A stretch of DNA of 61,620 nt, filler included, from Hausera hauseri (Eukaryota), in assembly GCA_046269625.1 (NCBI GenBank). It is 11 parts of 11 records of this genome, joined end to end, with 100 filler letters (N's around TTAATTAATTAA, not from the genome) between each part and the next. Parts side by side here need not be neighbours in the genome. Positions count along the whole stretch, not along the records: positions 12,135 to 17,704 come from JBJURY010228962.1; positions 17,805 to 24,283 come from JBJURY010095765.1; 9 more parts are not named here. One strand, 5' to 3'. Numbering within the stretch: the first letter of the stretch is position 1; each line of letters opens with the position of its first letter. The position numbers and the translations under genes are program-made. Of the stretch, positions 13,594 through 24,383 are shown piece by piece. Below the pieces are notes generated by a model, which was given only the letters and a program-made list of their open reading frames with translations, did no database searches and was not told the origin of the DNA.

Positions 13594-13699
13594 CCTATAC
13601 TGGAAGATATTTACGGAATTCAAAAAAGTGGAACAATATTGGAGGTTATTAAAGCGGGAAGAAAACCATCGGTCGAAGAAATTCAAAGATTGTTACAGT

Positions 13700-15986
13700 C
13701 AATGTCAGTTTGCAATTACTCGCCAAACTCCACATGCGTGATCCACATTTGGTCAACGTGGATATCTATTATCAATTGAAGGACCAAAAATGGGATTTGT
13801 TTCAAGGAAGACAAAGTCGGTTCAGCACATTCGTATTTAATAGTAAGAAATTCCACAATTGCAAACTGGAATTCCGTATCGCGGTCTTACCTGTGAAGAT
13901 GATGGTCGAGAAAACTGAAGAGGAAACAATACCCGTCTCATTGCCTCCCTTAGAATTTAGGCAAAGGCCTACTGAAGAAAAACAAGACGCGCATCTACAC
14001 GCTTTTAGACTAGTATCTGATGACAGGAATATCAGGATTGCCACAGTAAATTATGGGGAAGGAGAAGAAGGAAATTATATCCAAATTGAAATATCCATAC
14101 GAGAAGAAAACGGAGCCGTAGTTTATTCAAAAATCATCAACCCGAGAAAGAAAGTACAAGAAACCTATGCAGAAGTGACCGGGATTAAAAGAGAACAATT
14201 AATCCACGGAAAGGATTCCAAATTAGTGCAAGAGGGAGTAGCACAGTGTCTCTACGGATACGTCTTAGAGGGGTATCAAGTAGAAAGAATGATAAAAAAT
14301 TAAACATGCCAGTAACTCACCTAGCCGGAGTGAGAGAGATAGAAATCCACCCAACTGTAATGGGACAAATGGAAATCAAGACTAAAGAGGAAAAAGGTCA
14401 TCTACCACCGACCGTGGAAGGCCGATTTAAGTTAATGGTAGAGGCAATGACCGGAGGAAACATAAAAATAAGCCGACTTTTAACCGCTAGTCAACGATCC
14501 CAATATCTAAGAGATATAAACGCTGGGTTAAATGGAAACATGAATGGATTCCCAGTAACTCCGGACAAAACCTACGGAGTTTCCCCAAACTTGAAGGGAT
14601 CAGTTCACGATACAGAAAACATTTCTGCACATATTCTCCACCAAGAAACATCGAGATGACATCAAAGTGGAATTATCAAATAAATATCCAAGGATTGAAA
14701 ACCAAAAAGGCGGAATATAAACTACAAACAGATGAAAAGCCAAGTACAAGTTATGGCGCCGCATTAATTGCCGAAAACACTGAAATTAATAATCTATTTA
14801 AAATACCCGAAGTTCACCGGAGATACTTAGAAGAGAAAGATAGAATTCGAGAGACCGAAATCGCAAAAACAACCAAAAGGGAAACCTCCTTTCTCGACTA
14901 TTTATTCAAGAAAAAAAGTAAAGAAGGAGAGAAGGGACCAAAGGAAGAATACAAACCAGACAAGAAAGAATCAAAACTAGAGCGAGCGGACAATCCAAGA
15001 ATACGAGCAGAAGGATCATCAAATACAACCGCACAATTCCATATCGAGAAGTCCACGAGAATACCAAACAAACAGAAGGAACAGATAACGGAAACAAATA
15101 TATTAAGAAAGAAGAACTCTACGGAAGATATACACTACGCCACCACGGCGGATCACCCTAGAATGTTGGTAGCAACAGAGTACTACAGCCAACAAAAGAT
15201 TAAAGAGGCAATGTTCTTCGTCAAATTAATGCCAACGAGACAAGTTTACGAAAACACTTATGTATGGGAGAATCCTAAGATCTGAAAGTACGTTGCCCCG
15301 ATATTTCAGTCCAGAAGAAATGGCAAACTTTTAGTCCCCGTAGATAAATCTATGAAGTCATTACTTAAAAAGCAATATCAAAAATACCGATCGACTGATG
15401 AAGTTCCCGATTTAGATCGAGATACTATCAGCAATTGGACTCTAATACCCGTAGGATGTAATCATAAGAAAAGCTCTATAAACCCAAAACAAAAAAGAAT
15501 ATATGTCTATATATATCAGGATAAAGAAAGATTNNNNNNNNNNTGGTAGAACCCATCGAAATTATGATAAGAGTCGACTTGGACGATGAAAACTGGGAGA
15601 AAGAGGATAACGAATGCCCAGTATGTGAAGCAAATTTAAAACAAGGATACGTGGTACTAGATAATCCCGATTGCCGACATAAATATTGCCGAGACTGTTT
15701 GGAGAAATGGACGTTGGATAATGGAAAAACCACATTTCCAGTATGAAGAGCTGAAGCTGCTGATTTGAAATACTACTCAAACGGTAGTTATACTCGAGTA
15801 GTTAGAATAAAACCGTACCACAGTTACGAAATAGAAACGAACCCCAGGGAAAACCAACCAAGTGCCAGCTCTGGACTCAGTTTGAAACGACGCATGGAAC
15901 TGTTACGAGCACCCCGTTCTCACGGCACCTCTCCTGACGCAATGGGCACATCCGAGGATGCCGCTCAGGGAGGAGAAATGTTATGA
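13700..15986 (+). pseudogene. Gypsy 3' accessory ORF: inactive DEDDh/REX4-like exonuclease fold + linker + conserved domain + C3HC4 RING (disrupted)
   Basis: VVYSKIINPRKKVQETYAEVTGIKREQLIHGKDSKLVQEGVAQCLYGYVLEGY resembles the REX4/ISG20 core. RING CPVC-x15-CRHKYCRDC-x12-FPV* lies at 15615-15746. Collinear with the contig 9 ORF. Confidence 0.75.
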
Positions 15987-16698
15987 TACAGCCTCATAAT
16001 ACAGCTAAGAATTATTGAGCGTAACTGAAATGAATATGAGAGAATCGAAATCTTTGTGTATAATGAATTAATATATTTAGTCTATTGTATAGAATGTAGC
16101 GATATAATTATCAAATAATAATAGAATGTATTGAATTAAGTACAATTTGCTGATTGTAATTAGAAATGAAAAGCACAAAAAGAGAAAACTAATTGTATAC
16201 AATCAAGAGAATGTAAAGAAAAAGGCAGACAAACGACGGAGGTAAAACTATATAAGGACGAAGAATTTAGAGGAGAATAAAACATTATAACTTGTCGAGG
16301 CTTACGAATAGAGTTGAATACCGATTTCAGTAAAAATCGACTATATTAATCTTCAACTAGTGATTCGTATCGAACGTGTACAATTTGTGCTGAGTGCAAT
16401 TAAAGGTATATCATAATTGCTGTTTTTTTAAATCCCGTATAATCTGCATCGCTTCTTAAAAGTGACTTGACGACATTAAGGATAAAATCATCACGTTAAA
16501 TTCTATAATTAAGAGAAAGAACTGATTAACTTTTCGCACAGGACCGCAAGAATTCACCGGCATTGTAACGAAATAATCGATAAGGTACATTCTATCTACT
16601 CGATAACGGTAGACTGACCTGCTTAAGTTAATAAACTTCAAGTGTAACTATTGTTATATAGTGGGAGTTGATTAGGGGCCACCGCAATATATATAACA
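15979..16698 (+). mobile_element. 3' LTR of the contig 3 Gypsy element, preceded by PPT AGGGAGGAGAAA (15967-15978)
   Basis: TGTTAT...ATAACA terminal inverted repeat. TATATAA at ~16249. The purine tract is directly upstream. Confidence 0.8.
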
Positions 16699-17804
16699 CA
16701 TGTATTGTAGTTTAGGTAAATTTTGAATATAATTAAACTTCTTCTGGGGCTTGAATCAAAAATCGTTATTTTACTGAAATATCAGTTCAAAATTTGTAAA
16801 ATAACTGAATAATAATATTAAATATCCACAAAAAACATATCAATCAACTCTAAAAAATATTAGTCAAATAGACTGTAAAATTCCAAAATTTATAACAATT
16901 ATTCGAATCGACTGTTGACAAATCCAAATCTCAGCCATAAAATTAAAGACCGAATTTAATTAATGAATAATAATTCAACTTTTTAGAATTATACAATACC
17001 TTACAAAATGAATGTGGAGATGTGTACACAACTTAAGTATATAGTTTGTATGCAAGATACAAGAATTCTTTATAACTTCCAATTATAGTAATTTAATAAA
17101 ATTTTGAATTACTTTAAAACTTGAAACACTTTCAAAATATTTCCACTTGAAAAGGCGCATAATATTCGATGATGATCTATTCTCATTACTAAAGTGATAA
17201 TTAACTATATGTGTTAGGATTCAAGTTCATTTGTACGTGTCTTAAATCAAGCGAAATTGTTAGTGTCATCATTTAATAAAAACTATTCACTCAGCAGTGG
17301 AACAATCAAATAATTTTTCAATGTGCATTGCTTCAGAACTACGTTTTAAATTTGTAAGTTGATTGTGTCTGATTCTGAGTTCATTTATTTCAAATAGTAA
17401 TACGTCTGCAATAGATTTAACAATATGTAAGCACATTTTATCTCAGAGTGAAAGTAGTGACCAGAAATTTAAAAATATGAGTAGGTACTTTTCTGATTGG
17501 TCGGAAAACCACTTTTTCCCACCTGATTGGTATAACGGTTATTTCACTAAAAATTTCTCACAGGCGCCCCCGGGCCGCAAAGGTGGTTTTACAATGGACT
17601 TTGGACTAAGTGATATCGATAGCGCATGAGGAGATGAGCAAAAGTTATTATGGGTGGGATGTATCTAAAATGTAAAGGAGAAGCGCTAGAAGAGGAACAA
17701 CTAANNNNNNNNNNNNNNNNNNNNNNNNNNNNNNNNNNNNNNNNNNNNTTAATTAATTAANNNNNNNNNNNNNNNNNNNNNNNNNNNNNNNNNNNNNNNN
17801 NNNN

Positions 17805-18420
17805 TAAGTCTTTCACAAAACAAACACAATTATAATATTGTCTTTAAAAAATTTTGTCTTTATCTAAACTATATAACACACGATTATAATTTTGTCACAT
17901 TTTATGTCTTAATAAAACTATAACACACAATTGTAATATTGTCTTTGAAAAATTAAGTCTAACAAAACTATATAACATACGAATAAAATTTCATAAGTCT
18001 TTAACAAACTATATAACACAATTATAATATTGTTTTTGAAAAATTAAGTCTTTAACAAAACTATATAACACATACGAATAAAATTTCATAAGTCTTTAAC
18101 AAACTATATAACACAATTATAATATTGTCTTTGAAAAACTTTGTCTTTAACAAAACTATATAACATACACACGAATATAATTTTGTCTTTGAAAAATTTT
18201 CTAACTCTTAAACAAAACAAACACATTATTATTTCGTAAAATGTTGTCTCTAACATAACTATGCATAATTTTTTAAAATGTTGTAAGTCTTTAACAAAAG
18301 ACGATTATAATTTTTTGTCCTTATGACAGTCTTTAATATACCTATATAACAAAAATACAATTTTCATGAAAAATAAACTGATAAAAATTTATTTTTTACA
18401 AATTATACATTTTATACATT
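17805..18420 (+). repeat. AT-rich minisatellite (core AACTATATAACACA..ATTATAATATTGTCTTT)
   Basis: The core recurs many times. A near-exact ~75-nt block is repeated at ~17960 and ~18053. Confidence 0.8.
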
Positions 18421-19519
18421 CAACAAATCTTTTCACTCAAGATTAGGTTATGTGCTGGTGTAAACTAATATTTTGGGCAAAATGACAGCATATAACAGGC
18501 AGTAAAGTATCATTAATATAAAATACCTAATTTCCATAACGATAGGATACCAATTTTCCAAGCACGATTTTTATTGGTCCAAATTATAATGCTTAAAAAT
18601 ACCAAAGCTGCAGTGGTTCTTTTCTGAATTACCTTTGTCTGGCTTACATTCTGACCCCATTGTTGCTAACCTGCAAAACTTGTCAAGCTTTATACTGAGA
18701 AAACATCAGACGAGAACATACAGTGGAGCCACTACTAAAGAGACAAAACCCGACAACAAAAAACAGCTAAGCGGATCACTAAAGCCTCTGCATAAAAGCA
18801 GATTAGTCTGAGAAACAGTGCATTACACAGCAACAATACCACAAGCACGTGGTCCCACACTAGACTTCAGTACAATCAAACAACGGACGTCAAACCAGTA
18901 TTCAAACCTGTTTTTGAGCAGAAATCTCCTTTCACAACAAATTGGTGTCTTAAAAACCTCTTGCATAAGCGTGAGTAATACCCGGTGCACAAGTTTAGTG
19001 GCGCTTGGAAACAAACTGGGTCCTAAAAGGAATAGTTTCCTTTAGGAAAACTAAAACTCAAATCTTTTAAAGCGAGGGTTTATATCATAAAGGCCTAAAG
19101 GGATAGTTCAAACCTTTTAAAGTGGGAGTTCATTGCTTAATATGGCATGAAGGCATCAAAAATATATTCTTCATCATTCCACCCCTTGACTTTATGGCAT
19201 ATTTAGCTATGAATTATCCTCTAATCCTGAAAATTACAATAATATATTTGACATAAAGGCAAATAAAAATTCATTCATATATCACTCCACCCTTTTGCCT
19301 TTATGGCACAATTAATTAAACAAAGCATATATTTGATATAAAGGCAATTCAAAAACAAAGCATATATTTGACATAAAGGCAATAATAATCATTCATATAT
19401 CACTCCACCCTTTTGCCTTTATGGCACAATTAATTCTGAAAATGTTGTCCCGTCATCAACGGTGGATCCATGTCTGAAAACAGTGGCATCATTATGACTT
19501 TCATAATGAGGTTAGGGTA

Positions 19520-19774
19520 TTAATTTTGAAAATTTTGCCCTATATAACCCCAACCCTCAGGGTGACGGCGGCGTTCCACCCACCGGTCTATCATTTCACA
19601 ACAGAAATCCAAAAATTCCATTCTTGTAGTGAAATGATCATACCGATTAAAAATGTACTGGCCACTCACCCAATACTCTATCGTCAAACTATCTGCAGGG
19701 TCAGTAGTATCTATTTCAACAGTGGTTTGTTCTGTTCCAAACCAATGGTCTCTAATTCTAGCTGCTATTTTCAT
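19520..19774 (-). CDS. 84-aa ERV 3' ORF of unknown function
   Basis: Its ATG overlaps the env stop (ATGA). It is open and lies between env and the PPT. Confidence 0.45.
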   Translation of the reverse strand: MKIAARIRDHWFGTEQTTVEIDTTDPADSLTIEYWVSGQYIFNRYDHFTTRMEFLDFCCEMIDRWVERRRHPEGWGYIGQNFQN

Positions 19775-21074
19775 AATGGTGTGTTATATAATTTTTGATT
19801 AATCCTATTTTTAACTCTTTTTATATAAAAGCATGTACACAGGTTACATAAGGTTAATATGGTTATACATAATACTAACACAAGCAAAGGAGGTACTGCA
19901 TATTGACGCGCCGTAGATGACATTCCTGTAAAAATATCCCACCAGTGATGGGCCGACTCTTGTTCTATCAGTTTAGCCACATGTAAAACCTTTCCTTGGG
20001 CGATGTATGTGGACACTGTTAAATCGGACATGTTAGACTTATGAGACTTAATCATTTCAGTTAACTCCGTAGATTTATTCAATGCACATTTGAAACGATC
20101 CAGGGAGACTCGCCATGGCAAAATGTTGCGAGTATCAGAGCTATAATTAGTCAAACGATAAGTCTGGTTGTTCCAAGGCTCTACATCTTTAATTGCCATT
20201 CTATCTCTTTCAGAAATATTTTGGCAGTTTCACCTTGAGTCATTACTACTGAGGGCATCCAAACTCCAACTTGAACTGCCAGCGAAGCATGTTGTCCTGT
20301 ATTTGATAACATTGTTCTGGTCACCTCGTTGTCAATGGTGTTAGACAAACCCAATACAGTACCTGTTCCTCCCAACAAGGTGTCATACCACGCCCTTTTG
20401 ATCCTCGAACAACGTGGTAGTGATGGGAAGTGCACCTGCCAGTGTACATCAGTTGTCAACAGAGATTTTGCCATCTTTCGACAGGCTTGTATGGCAGGGG
20501 CTAGTTGAGTTTCAGCTGCCTCTGTGTTATTAGGCAGAGTCCAGATTACTTTATCAAAACGTGTCCTGTTCACAATTGCTGTAGAATTTCCTACCCAGAT
20601 TGCAGTTTCATTGGCACTAAAATCAAAGTCTGTTCCACTTTTTTCGCCCTGCTTACATGTGCCCTTTTCATGCATAGGACACAATGGGACACGTGCATGA
20701 ATCTTAATTCGACATCCCTTGGACACTACTGGAACATTTCTCCCCCTGAAGCACTCTTGGCACATGTACATGGGACAGTCAGTGGTAATATTTCCTATGA
20801 AGCATCCATAGTTTTCTGGGCATGTGAAGTTACCCTGTGCTCTGTTGCGAGGTGAGCTCAACCATCCGATCCGAAAACTATCGATTTTCTCCAGAGCTCG
20901 ACCTGGTACTGCTGAGGAGAGGTCGGCCAGGATCACCATGGCACCAACGACAAGGATCATGATGCCCAAACAGCCTGCACCACCTCTGAGGCGACGCCCA
21001 CGTCTGGTCATGATGATTGTGGAGCACCTCAGGCCCCACCTTAGGTCCTTCAAACACAAGCGCCAAGGAAACAT
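19771..21074 (-). pseudogene. env: ERV envelope glycoprotein (one frameshift at ~20190)
   Basis: Splice acceptor TTTTTCTGTTTATTTCAG (~21080-21097). Signal peptide GIMILVVGAMVILA, Cys-rich SU with N-glycosylation sequons, furin site RIKR then fusion-peptide-like AWYDTLLGGTGTVLGL, and TM PLLVLVLCITILTLCNLC. Confidence 0.85.
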
Positions 21075-21924
21075 CCGCTCTGAAATAAACAGAAAAATAC
21101 TCACAAACACATGGATTAGTTTTCTCTCAAATAACATTTAAATGCAGGAACCTTCATGTTTTAGTACTCCTGACTCCACATGATCCTGAAATAGCTATTA
21201 ATTTTCCTATTTTCAAATGTATATTCTTTTCCTCTGTTAACTGTCTCACTGGGTGGTGCTGAGGGGTTTGGTGAAACATGTAAACATTTCTCAAAGCTCG
21301 GGTCAGCTGTCCCATATCAAATCCAGCACAATAAACTTTCACCTCTTTTTCCTGACATTTTTCCCTTAATTCATGGGTTGGTAATCCATCTATTTCTGCT
21401 GGTGGAACCCCGGCTTGTATCAGGGCCCTCTACAATTCAGAGCGAGTGGGTCCCTGTGTGTTATTTCGGCCGTCCCTTCTCGGCCCACGACCCATCTGTT
21501 GAGAACCCTGCCCTTGATTTTCAGCTCTCACAGCACTCCAGTCACCCAGTGCACCCAGCTCCATAATCTGGCTACGAATTTCTGTCATAAATACACCAGG
21601 AGCACCCGACATTCCTGTCAGCACCACAGCTCCTCTTCTTTTTTTTTCCTCTTTCCAGCATACTGCTCCCTCTCAGCTGGTCTCGTCATGTTTCCTAATG
21701 TTTTCTAACTGTCGTTGTAATACAGAGTTCATTTCAGCTTCCTCTAACGCTCTTCTATGTTTCAACATCTCTGCTTTACTCTGTTTATTTTCCTTTTATA
21801 AAACTTCCAACAAAACAGCTGGATCCCTGGTCTGCAAGAATCCCTCTCACTCCGTCTCTCGGACACCACACTGCTGACCTACAACAGGGGCTTCCCCCCC
21901 CGACAAAACATATTTCTACACAAA

Positions 21925-22400
21925 TTGTTTCTGCTTTATGAGCAGCTGTGCTACTCGGTCTCCTTTTCGTAACACAAAGAGACTTTCTCCCTGATGTTTA
22001 CAAATCACACCCAACTCCCCTTGGCCCTTTGACTCTAGCTTGAATCAGCTCTTTATCTCAGGTGTAATCATTCAATTTAAGGGAGTGGTATCTGGTGCAA
22101 TGAATCTATTAATCAATTAAGACACAACCTGTAAGAAATTCAATTTTCATTTGGTTAAATCACATTTTGTCATTCAAATTTTTTTCTTTTTCCACATTTA
22201 TTTCAACAGTTCATTCACCCTCTCAACCAATCCAGTAAAATAAGTCCCATTATCTGTTTATATGTGAATGGGAACCCCACAAAAATGTCTCTAATGTTCT
22301 CCAACATTTCATTGTTGACACCTGGTTTCAAAGACATTATCAAAAGCTGTCTGTTGTTTTCCTCCCCAAACAAACTCCTCATTTAACTGATGTTGATCTG
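21925..22400 (-). pseudogene. pol: ERV pol remnants: RT thumb, integrase core, post-integrase dUTPase
   Basis: EEFVWGGKQQTAFD (~22335-22380); TDNGTYFT/GLVERVNELLK (~22200-22257); [30 protein letters not shown] (~21935-22027, dUTPase motif 4). Confidence 0.7.
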
Positions 22401-23149
22401 TTGTTCACAAAATAAAATATGCTTTCCAAACAATGTGATATCCATTTACAAGAACTCGGACTCGTTTACACTAATATAAAAATCCAATTCTTAGACTTGA
22501 CCTTTTGGCTCACACAGGCCACCGTACAACGCAGTCTAGCTCAGAAAATCTCCAGATGTAGTTCCTTAGGTCACATCCTGTATCCTGTATAAGCTATTCC
22601 ACACGTGTGATTTAAAGCAGTGCACTCTTTTAAATCCTCCTTTTAAAAACACACACACAAAAACTAAACCTAAGGCTACAGCTTTCATGAAAGGCTGACC
22701 GCCCGAGCACACACCCCTGCATACTGTACGATTTCAGAGGTTCCACATTCACTCAAACACTCACACGTCTCTTCGCACTCTCTCCACAAGCTGAGAGTCA
22801 TCTTAAAGAAGGAATCTGACAGTCAGCAACACAGAACCGCCTGAGATTTCCTCCCTCAAGCTGCCCCCACCCTTGCTCTTGTCTCGTCTCCCTCAGAGGC
22901 TAAAACACACACACACACACTGACTCAGTGGGTCAACTCCCGAACAGAACCAGAACTTAACATGTTTACATAAACTCACGCAGAATAACACACAACTTCA
23001 CAACTCCACACAAAGATTTATGAACAACTACACACACTTAACAACAACACACTGTTTGGCCAACACAAAAAACACATTCTGCACACCGGTTTTCCATGCA
23101 TAACACTTCTAACACAGCGACTAAGTTCCTGACCTGCAGGAATTTAAAT

Positions 23150-23881
23150 TCCTCCCCTGGCTCAGGACGCATTCTCCTGCGTCCTTTGTAATCCTCATAC
23201 ATTTCTCAGTCCACCCAAATACTGTCCTTGGGGACATGGTTCATTTCTTTTCCTATATTTTCCTCTTAACACATCGGGTAAAACCTGTTGTTCACCTCTT
23301 CACTAGTTTCACACTCCTGCTTCCAGCTGGAGAAACGGGTGGACGACCGCAACTCCTGCACACACATTTCTCACCCCAGATATAATCATTTTCACTCTCC
23401 AGATGTTACCGTCCAAACTTGACGGAGCTCTAACTCTTTTTAGTGACACGTTTCGTGTCTTTTTCCTGCATTTTTTCCACTTTAATCTTGATACCCGCTC
23501 AACTCTACTCCTCCTTTCGAGCTGCGCGGTCAGGAGCTGAACAAACAAGCAGGCAGTCTGATCCTGCAAAGCTTGCGTCTGATTTTCCTGACTCTCCTCC
23601 TGCAGATTTTTCCAAGCAGTCGCACGAACCCACGTTCGGCGCTGCAATCCTACAAGCGGAGCGGACTTTTTAATCTCTATTCCCTGCAACGCAGTCAAAA
23701 CATCACCTGGTTTGTCTGCTTTTAAACTCTCACACCAGGGCTCGGGGCGTCCCCCTCCACCCCTCAGACACAAAGCCAGCGTTGGGCAATCTTCCCAACC
23801 TGGTACAACTTCACTGGACTTCTGTCCTGACGCTCCCGTATCGTCTTTTTTCTCAACACTTTTTTCCTTTCGTTTGAACAT
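23150..23881 (-). pseudogene. gag: ERV gag N-terminal part
   Basis: First ATG after the PBS. Has VPGWE..PEPW at the N-terminus, a coiled coil and a DGNIW motif like class III Gag. Frameshifted. Confidence 0.65.
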
Positions 23882-23918
23882 GGTGCAGCCGTTCAGAATT
23901 ATTTAAATAAAGGTTAAT

Positions 23919-23936
23919 ATCCCATCCTCGTCGCCA
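23919..23936 (-). promoter_or_regulatory. Primer binding site complementary to tRNA-Ser(GCT) 3' end
   Basis: The plus strand reads ATCCCATCCTCGTCGCCA, matching the last 18 nt of vertebrate tRNA-Ser(GCT) including CCA (recalled sequence). Confidence 0.85.
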
Positions 23937-23939
23937 AAA

Positions 23940-24283
23940 TGTTTTATGAAATATCTTTAATAAAGGGTTCGTGAACGGTCTGCCCCAGTAATTCACTCGA
24001 AAGGAAATAAAACAAAGAGACTGTTTCTGCTAGAAATAATAGTGTCATTTATTAAATCTGCCACAGAAAACAGCTAAGCAAACATGTACACTTGTACACT
24101 CTTAACACAATATGATATGAGAGCCTCTCACCCGTGACACCTGGTCGGGAAGCCTTCGACCTGGACAGAAAGGATCACACCACCGCTGAGCACCTCGCGC
24201 GTTGGCCTACAGCAGACTTCTAAACTCTGTCACATTGCTGTGTTTCTTAAATACCCCTCCCCGACCAGGTCGTGTGAGAGTAA
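23940..24283 (-). mobile_element. Partial 5' LTR of the ERV
   Basis: Ends ...AAAACA 3 nt before the PBS. Contains TATTTAA (~24250) and AATAAA (~24050) on the minus strand. Confidence 0.7.
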
Positions 24284-24383
24284 NNNNNNNNNNNNNNNNN
24301 NNNNNNNNNNNNNNNNNNNNNNNNNNNTTAATTAATTAANNNNNNNNNNNNNNNNNNNNNNNNNNNNNNNNNNNNNNNNNNNN

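Larger units (their letters stand above)
19175..24283 (-). mobile_element. Internally deleted class III (ERV-S/ERV-L-like) endogenous retrovirus of vertebrate type
   Basis: Order on the minus strand: 5' LTR end (CA at 23940), tRNA-Ser PBS, gag, RT/IN/dUTPase remnants, env, 3' ORF, PPT AAGGGGTGGAA|TG. Confidence 0.8.

Noticed and set aside
17805-18420. Repeat-spacer appearance suggesting CRISPR
   Set aside because: These are degenerate AT-rich tandem units without unique spacers, in a eukaryotic context with no cas genes.
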